Shown here one piece after another: positions 33,881 to 40,960 of a stretch of DNA of 40,960 nt. The first letter of the stretch is position 1, and every line of letters starts with the position of its first letter. The position numbers and the translations under genes are program-made. The notes beneath the pieces are model-generated. The model searched no databases. It was given only the letters and a program-made list of their open reading frames with translations, and had not been told where the DNA came from. This DNA is from Batkoa obscura. Its lineage: Eukaryota. The DNA lies in contig JASVEC010000148.1 of NCBI GenBank assembly GCA_030770535.1, forward strand, positions 1 to 40,960. The letters are read 5' to 3'.

Positions 33881-35383
33881 ATGACAATAACAACTTTTAT
33901 ATTAATTGTACCTTTGATTCCAGCACTTTACTTCTATTTCTTTTTTTTAAAGAAACCAAGTAATCTTGCTCATTTACCTTCTAGAGGCTTAATAGATTCG
34001 ATTAAAGCTATCTTTTATAAAACACCAACCGACATCAAAATCGAAGCATTCAATAGTGAGATATTAAAAAAGCATAAAGTACAAGTGGAAAGTAATACAG
34101 GATCATGGACAGTTTTAGTTTCTTGTCCAAAAGCAGCAAAGATGATTTATAATGATACTATTAACTTTCCTAAAGAGATGATTGTTGAGGCATTCCCCAA
34201 TAGTTTAATGTACAAATTTTTGGGTACAAATCTAGTATTATCAAATCATAATGTATGGAAGCGTCATCGTAAAGTATTAAATCCACCATTCAAAAAACAA
34301 TTCTCTACTCAAATATTTACCGATGCTATTAAAGGCTTTTTTAAAGTAGCTGAAAAAGTAAATGGCAATGATATAGATGTTCATAAATATATGCAAAGAA
34401 TTACTATGGATGCCTTGGGTAAAGGTATTATGGGTGTAGATTTCAATTCTGTTGAAAATGATCATGTTGAGTTTATTGATGCTTACAATTATGCTCAAAA
34501 TAGTTCATTTAAACCTTTTTACTTCTTTTTCCCATTTCTTGATAACTCTTGGAATCCGCTTCGTAAACCAGCTTATGATCAACTAATGATCCTTGAAAGT
34601 TACTTTAACTCAATTTTGAAAGAAAAGAGACTTAATTTGGCTAATAATCAATGTAAAAGTGAAGCTGATGAAGACATTTTAACTTTGATGATAAAAGCTA
34701 GTATGGAAGAAGATGTTCAATTTACTGAAAAAGAAATTCATGATGACATTATGGTATTTTTAGCAGCTGGTCATGATACTACAGCTTTTGCATTGTCTGC
34801 TGCCTTACATTTCTTGGCTCAAAATCCAGATATTCAAGAAAGAGCACGTAAAGAAGTAATGAAAGTAATGAATATCAATGAATACAACAACAAAGATATA
34901 TCTGATATTGTTATTCCAACTATTGAACAAACTAAAGAAATGCATTATCTTTATGCAATTATGAAAGAAACGATGAGGTTGTATCCATCAATCCGTGTAT
35001 TACCAGAACGTATTAATAAAAAAGAGTTTGAAGTAAATGGTTTTATAGTACCACCAAACGCTAGGGTTGTGGTTGATATCTATTCAATTCATCGTGATCC
35101 AGATAATTGGGAAGATCCTAATACTTTCAATCCACAAAGATTTATGAATGATGATAAAATTGATCCTTACCTTTGGATGCCATTTGGTAGAGGAACTCGA
35201 TCGTGTATTGGTCTAAATTTTTCGATTTTAGAACAGAAGCTAGTATTAAGCCTTATACTCTCTAGATATCATGTGTCTTATGATAAAGATGCTCCTCAAT
35301 CTAAAGGTGCCCCTCTTAGCCTTGGTGATAATTTCTTATTCTTACCAAAAGATTATAAGTTAAACTTCCGAGTTTTAGCATAG
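33881..35383 (+). CDS. Cytochrome P450, copy 3 (500 aa, intronless)
   Basis: AGHDTT, ETMR, PQRF, FGRGTRSCIG; differs from copy 2 at residues 289 and 419. Confidence 0.97.
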   Translation: MTITTFILIVPLIPALYFYFFFLKKPSNLAHLPSRGLIDSIKAIFYKTPTDIKIEAFNSEILKKHKVQVESNTGSWTVLVSCPKAAKMIYNDTINFPKEMIVEAFPNSLMYKFLGTNLVLSNHNVWKRHRKVLNPPFKKQFSTQIFTDAIKGFFKVAEKVNGNDIDVHKYMQRITMDALGKGIMGVDFNSVENDHVEFIDAYNYAQNSSFKPFYFFFPFLDNSWNPLRKPAYDQLMILESYFNSILKEKRLNLANNQCKSEADEDILTLMIKASMEEDVQFTEKEIHDDIMVFLAAGHDTTAFALSAALHFLAQNPDIQERARKEVMKVMNINEYNNKDISDIVIPTIEQTKEMHYLYAIMKETMRLYPSIRVLPERINKKEFEVNGFIVPPNARVVVDIYSIHRDPDNWEDPNTFNPQRFMNDDKIDPYLWMPFGRGTRSCIGLNFSILEQKLVLSLILSRYHVSYDKDAPQSKGAPLSLGDNFLFLPKDYKLNFRVLA

Positions 35384-36054
35384 TCACTTAGGATTCTTTA
35401 TAGTACTATTAAATTTTAAAACTAAAATTTTATTTCTTTATTTTATTCTATTTTTAGAAGATCAAAATTTGAGAAGTGTTATAGTCAACTTAAACAGAAA
35501 AAACATAATTATTGTTTTCATATTACTTACACTTATTAACTGCTTTTGTATTGAATTAAAACCGGGGAAAAGTTGAACCCTGGATTAAATTTCTTATTTT
35601 TATTTATTTATTTATTGTTAGTTAAGACTATGCTTTATTATACTTGAAACAAGCTCAATTCTTTGTAAACTTACTTTTCTCTTAGCTTGAATATTGCATT
35701 TATGATCAAACATTTAACACTCTTTTTAACTTAGCATAACGGATAGATGCTTTGAACATTGATATTTGTACTTTTATTTATTAAAGCTTTTGTTTATTTC
35801 ATCTTAAAGATTAAAAACCTTTGTTTCTCAAAACAAATGATTCTATGTATATACATCTTCATAAAGCAAAATATAGCAATAAACTTTATCCCGAATTAAC
35901 TACTTGAATATAATGATTATGAACAATGAGAGTGGGTCGATCTTAGAGTCATATTTTGTATCAAATAGCACAACCTTGACATTTATAATCTTGATAGATT
36001 TTACTCTAAAAAGGTAAAACCAAAGATACCCGAATTGAAAGCTTTGCACTATAT

Positions 36055-36153
36055 AGAAATGTATTTATATATTTGAGAATTTTACTAACGATTTTTCCGC
36101 TCAAATAGCCCTTAAAAAATGGAGAAAGTGATGAAACCACAAAAAACATTCCT
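36055..36153 (+). mobile_element. MITE family 1 copy at the outer end of the P450 palindrome
   Basis: AGAAATGTATTTATATATTTGAGAATTTTACTAACGATTTTTCCGCTCAAATAGCCCTTAAAAAATGGAGAAAGTGATGAAACC...AAAAAACATTCCT. Confidence 0.85.
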
Positions 36154-36599
36154 AATTAATAAGTAATTCTTTTATACTAATTTTTAATAAACAGATGGAC
36201 TTTAATGATGTTTATAAAGCTGCTAAAAAAACTTAGGCTACAACATATGTTCTAACTTTACTAATATTAGAATAGATCAAAATTATATTATTATAATTTA
36301 TTTCTTAATTTTGTTAATGTTTTATATATTTCTAAAACTTTTAGCTATTAAAAAAAGCAAGCTGCATTTTAGAGATAGTAAAAATTATTAAAGCATTTAT
36401 ATAATAATACTAATTATTAAATTAGAGTAAGTAGGTAAAACAACTTAGAATTGATGTTTTTATTGTTCATAATTTAATGTTAACTTATTTCATATTGAAA
36501 TTAAAAATTTAGAAGAGGATATACTTGAATTTATATTGAAAAAATCGGTTTTAAATTAAAAATACAAATGACATTTAACTACAAGCTGTTCTAACAAAA

Positions 36600-36701
36600 T
36601 AAGCTCCTGTCAGATGGGTCAATTTTGGTTTTACCTAATAAAAAAAAATTTAGAACGCTTGATTGGCCAAAATCAAAATTGGACCATCTGACAAGGGTTT
36701 A
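36600..36701. repeat. Fold-back element of about 100 bp (possible MITE family 3)
   Basis: TGTCAGATGGGTCAATTTTGGTTTT pairs with AAAATCAAAATTGGACCATCTGACA; imperfect arms of about 40 bp. Confidence 0.7.
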
Positions 36702-37047
36702 TTTTATCTGTCTATGCCAACTTAATTGTTTATACAGTTGTATTTGCAAGAGCACCAATTTTCAAATACTTAAACACTCTATTTCCACTAATTATTCTTT
36801 ACTTTTCCAAACCGTTGTTATTTTAAGTGAATTTAAAACTTTAAACTTTATTAAACATGAACTAATGATTTAATTTAATGAAATCAACAAAGATTTGCTT
36901 TAACTATGAAATTATAAATTAATCGAATCAAGGGGTACAAAAAATAGTTTAGAATGAGTATATAAACGACTCAAAAAACATTTCGGAACAATTTATAAAT
37001 AAATAATTAAGTACTCTTTTGTCTCTGTAAACTCAATATTTAAAAAA

Positions 37048-37296
37048 ATGAATTCTAAGACTGAAAATAATGACAGGACTTCCAATCAAAGCTACAATGG
37101 GTTTGAAGATTATATCAATCATCGATTTGGTAGTGAGAATTTATTAGAAACTTTAGAGTCAGATAGAAATCAAAATAATTTTCAATATAATTCAGAAGTT
37201 CAAAGTTTGAAACAACATCAAAGCCTTCAACAAGATATAACTGAATTAAGAGAAATGCATGGAAACGCTGTCTATCATAGATATTGTACTAAATGA
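37048..37296 (+). CDS. Small protein of unknown function, paralog A (82 aa)
   Basis: A-rich start context, upstream TATATAAA (36959); collinear with 38030-38275 and showing synonymous codon differences. Confidence 0.75.
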   Translation: MNSKTENNDRTSNQSYNGFEDYINHRFGSENLLETLESDRNQNNFQYNSEVQSLKQHQSLQQDITELREMHGNAVYHRYCTK

Positions 37297-37445
37297 TTCC
37301 ACTATTCTTTGGATAGAAAGTATAGTTGTGAATTAATTAAAATGGTTCCGATTGAATTATTTAATGAGAATAAAAGATAACTGTTTTTATATATAACTTA
37401 TATTGTTTTTGCAAATACAAATAAATTATTCTTTAAAATAAAAAC

Positions 37446-37538
37446 TATATAGTTTTTTTAGTTTTCTCACTTTTTCCATTTTCGAAGTACTATTTAAGTG
37501 GAAAAGCTGCTAACAAAATCCTTAAAAAATAGATCCCC
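37446..37538 (-). mobile_element. MITE family 1 copy, left end degenerate
   Basis: CACTTTTTCCATTTTCGAAGTACTATTTAAGTGGAAAAG...AAAAAATAGATCCCC. Confidence 0.75.
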
Positions 37539-38029
37539 ATATAAATTAAAGATTTTGAAAGTTGGCAGTATAAGCAAGTTAATTACTAATAGCTAAAAAG
37601 TTTGTTTATAGTATATCTATAAAACTCTGATCATTTTAATCATTCAAAAAGTTGTTAGTATAACTCTTTTAAAGTGGTTTAGTTATTTAAATATAAGTGG
37701 ATGATTTAATTTAATAAGATTAATTGATCTATTCCCATAAACTTGCATATACCCTTGATTTAAACTAAACATAGTTTTTTCTTTTTAATTTGAAGGCATT
37801 ATAACTTAAGCGTAGCTATGAGTATATAGATCCATTAATTACATATTATACTTAAGCCAAGAAAGCATAGAATTGAGGAAAATGTTATGTCTAATTGAAA
37901 TTGTAATAATGAGATAAATTGATTAAGGGTTAAAAGAGGTCCTAAGAATAAAAAACATATGGATGGTCAAAAAGAACAAAAAAATAACTATTCTTATTTC
38001 CTTTTATTAGTTCAATTTTAATAAAAAAA

Positions 38030-38275
38030 ATGGACTTTTATACAACAGATAATAAAGAAACTCCCAATTCAAATTATAATGGATATGAGGATTATATTAA
38101 TCATCGATTCAATTATGAGAACATAGGAGCCTTAGAATCAGAAATAATTCAAGATGATATACAACATAATTCCGAAGCTCAAAATTTAAAACAACATCAA
38201 AACCTTCAACAAGATGTATCAGAATTGAGAGAATTATATGGAGATGCAATTTGTCAAAGGCATAATGCTAACTGA
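38030..38275 (+). CDS. Small protein of unknown function, paralog B (81 aa)
   Basis: Shares YNG(F/Y)EDYINHRF and NSE.Q.LKQHQ.LQQD..ELRE..G.A with paralog A. Confidence 0.75.
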   Translation: MDFYTTDNKETPNSNYNGYEDYINHRFNYENIGALESEIIQDDIQHNSEAQNLKQHQNLQQDVSELRELYGDAICQRHNAN

Positions 38276-39877
38276 TTTGCATTTTTGTCATAAATTGTTG
38301 TCCACAGATTAAAAAATAATTTAGTTAAGCTTTGATAATATATTAATATCTTTTTTGCTTCTAATCGCACTTTTCATTTTATTTCTCTTATCTGTTAAAA
38401 TTTCAAAATGTTTAAATTAATGAAACCAATATATTGATGTGTAACAAAAAAAGTTAATATTATTGCATCTATATTGGAATTTATATTAAAACATCTTGGT
38501 TTTACATTCAATTTATAATACTAGAATTTTCATAAATAAAAATAAATAAAGAGTAAGCTATGTAAATTTTAAAAGACTTGAAAAGTTGAGAATATATGTT
38601 TATTAATAGTTGAAAAAAATCATCAGGTTAATGAGTAATAAATGATAAATATTCTTATATCCTTCTTCATATCAAGTTACCAACACAAATCATTATAACT
38701 GTAAGTTAAGTATATTTAAGAACCAACATAATAACTTGCAGCTGTTAAAGTACAGATGTACAGTGGTTAGCGGTAATCCTTATAATCAATAATTTGTATT
38801 GTTATACTGATTTATGGCATAATGCTTAAATTTTTATATCAAAATGAGCAATTGGTCAATACACATCTATACTTTGATAGTTATGCCATTTGTAAATTTT
38901 ATTTATTCACTATAGCTTTAATTTTAGGGATTAAATTGGACTTTATCAATTATAAAGCATATCTTATCGTATCAATAGTTTGTCTCAAAACCATGCTCCT
39001 TTTCAAAAAAGTAGATATTAAAAAGTATAATATCAATACTTATTCTACTTCAATGGTAAAAAAACACTGTGTTACTTGAGCCTTGATTCTTCAGAGCCAT
39101 TAATCCAACTGCCTACTTCCTGAAGTCTGTGTTATAATTGAACAAGGTTCGATATAAGTTGAATGCATTTTGAAAAGCGATATAAAGAGATCAATATCAG
39201 TTATTACTAACTTTGATAACATCTATATTAAATAGGAACATAAAATGTAATAAATTAGTGCATTTTATCCTTATACAAAGATATAAACAATTAGATCTCT
39301 TCCTCAGGGATCTCTCTTTGTTTTAAGTTTTTTTACTAATTATATGTAATAAATTATTCAAACTTATAAGTTGTGCTAATTTATTCAGCTTAGCCTAAAG
39401 TATATTACTTACCTTACACATGTTTAGGCAGGCTTTAAAACTTCCCACTGTCATTGCAAGTATCAGGCTTAACTTATCTTAAGTCATGTCAACTTATTGA
39501 TTGGCATGCCACTAGGCTTAAGAATTTTGAAGCCCTTGTGACCTATACAATACTATCGCAATTTCACTTTTCAAACCCTTTATAATAACAATCGACTTTT
39601 TTAATTTTATGAGTCAAAAGTTAACCAACGCTTAAATTTTTTCGTTTGTTTACTTTTAAACATTAAAAAAACTTCTTTTAATAAGGGCATCTTGAGCAAT
39701 AACACTTCTCCCTTTCATCCCAACTCTTCTACAAAAAAATCAACTTAGTATTGGAAAAATTGAAAACATCCCATAATGTTTTAATCCAAATCCCTAAAAA
39801 TTGACGCAAAATAAGGCTAAGCTGTCAACTCAGCTAAAATAAAAACATCATCCTAATTTTCCTACAACGAAAAAAAA

Positions 39878-40955
39878 ATGGGCATAACAGGTACAAACAA
39901 TGTCCCTTTAGGTAAGCGTCGAGTTGGTCGGGGAGATTCTGAAAGTAATCGTAGTCCAATTAAAGAAAGTGCTAGGGAAAGTGAAAGAGGTAGAGAAAGA
40001 GGTGGAGAAAGAGGTGGAGAAAGAGGCGGAGAAAGAGAACGTGGAAGAGAGAGGGGTAGGGATTATGAGCGAGATTATGAACGAGGTAGAGACAGAGAGA
40101 GGGAGCGTGGTGGAGAAAGAGAAAGGGGAAGAGAAAGAGAAAGAGACGGGGAAGGTAGAAGAAATAGGTTTGATAGGGAACCAAGTAAGGGTGAAGGTAA
40201 GTAAAGATTTTAAATAAAGATTTTAAATAAAGATTGATAATTAAACCTAATTTTAGGAAAATCAGGTGAAGGTAAGCCAAAAAGGAGAACTACCCGTTGG
40301 GGAGATCCAAATAATAAATTTGTGGTTCCTGGTATGCCAACTACATTACCTTCTAATATGACAGCTGAACAAGTTAAGAATTATTTGGGTAAGAAGTTTT
40401 TAAATTATAGTATATTATTTATATTATAATAATTAACCTTTTATTAGTATTTTTAAGAATGGAAGAAATAGGCGCTAAATTACGTTCAAATGATATTATC
40501 CCACCAGAAGAGCAACGTTCTCCATCACCTGAACCAGTTTATAATAGTTTAGGTCAAAGAGTCAATACTAGGGATGTACGATATAAAAAAAATTAGAAGA
40601 AGAAAGACATCGATTAATAGAGCAAGCAATTAAAGATAATCCCGATTTTAAACCACCAGCCGATTATAGAAGACCATCTAAATTAGCTGAAAAATATTTT
40701 ATACCAGCAAAAGAACATCCAGATATCAATTTCATTGGTTTATTAATTGGCCCTAGAGGTAATACATTAAAGAAGATGGAAACGGAAACAGGGTGTAAGA
40801 TATCGATTAGGGGTAAAGGTAGTGTTAAAGAAGGTAAAAGAACAGATGCTGGTCCTATCCCAGGTATCGATGAAGAGTTACACTGTTTAATTACAGGGGA
40901 TACAGAGGAGAAAGTACAAAAAGCATTAAAAATGGTTAAGGAAATTATAGCAGCG
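39878..40955 (+). CDS. MSL5: Branchpoint-binding protein BBP/SF1, 5' part (continues beyond the window); apparent -1 frameshift at A8 40585-40592
   Basis: Exons 39878-40196, 40257-40388, 40448-40955. [10 protein letters not shown]-terminus, RE/RG-rich tract, [19 protein letters not shown], and KH domain [38 protein letters not shown]; next donor GTAAG at 40956. Confidence 0.93.
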
Positions 40956-40960
40956 GTAAG

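Larger units (their letters stand above)
31219..36070. repeat. Large palindrome: 2,392-bp arms (31219-33610 and 33679-36070), 68-bp spacer
   Basis: Paired coordinates sum to 67289 throughout (e.g. 33408/33881, 31906/35383); three substitutions found by eye. Confidence 0.97.

Noticed and set aside
27323..34498. ORFs 27323-27628, 32791-33012 and 34277-34498
   Set aside because: Antisense shadows of the P450 genes; they recur only because the P450s are duplicated.
24461..35383. Secondary-metabolite gene cluster around the P450s
   Set aside because: No PKS, NRPS, terpene synthase or transporter in the window.
25656..36873. Short ORFs 25656-25859, 26181-26363, 29898-30104 and 36625-36873
   Set aside because: They run through MITEs, hairpins or AT-rich flank and show no protein motifs.
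2602..37538. Reading MITE family 1 as a TA-target Tc1/mariner element, or as a CRISPR-like repeat
   Set aside because: AAAT and GAAT flanks require a 4-bp duplication; copies are dispersed in both orientations with no spacer periodicity.
39924..40280. ORFs 39924-40217 (+) and 39972-40280 (-)
   Set aside because: Alternative frames of the purine-rich RE/RG repeat in BBP exon 1.

Overview
Very AT-rich eukaryotic genomic DNA with short GT-AG introns (about 46-67 nt). The gene content points to a fungus; an early-diverging lineage is my inference. Intron-rich conserved genes: a class-III aminotransferase, an RmlD/MAT2B-like reductase, a compact Pbs2-like MAPKK and, at the right edge, branchpoint-binding protein (BBP/SF1/MSL5). 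There is also a tRNA-Lys(UUU). Intronless, mostly locally multiplied genes: three CsbD-like stress proteins, three zinc-finger paralogs (one intact, one frameshifted, one pseudogene), a secreted M28 aminopeptidase, three cytochrome P450s and two orphan ~80-aa proteins. A ~95-100 bp MITE with GGGG...CCCC ends and 4-bp target duplications (Sola-like) occurs about 15 times, and three other small fold-back elements are present. The most notable region is the P450 locus (25.6-36.2 kb). Two P450s form a near-perfect palindrome with 2,392-bp arms and a 68-bp spacer, next to a second 276-bp inverted duplication; the two duplications are joined through a chimeric MITE that carries a fresh nested insertion. 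The third P450 is nearly nucleotide-identical to them except in short patches that largely map onto the substrate-recognition sites. All alignments were done by eye.
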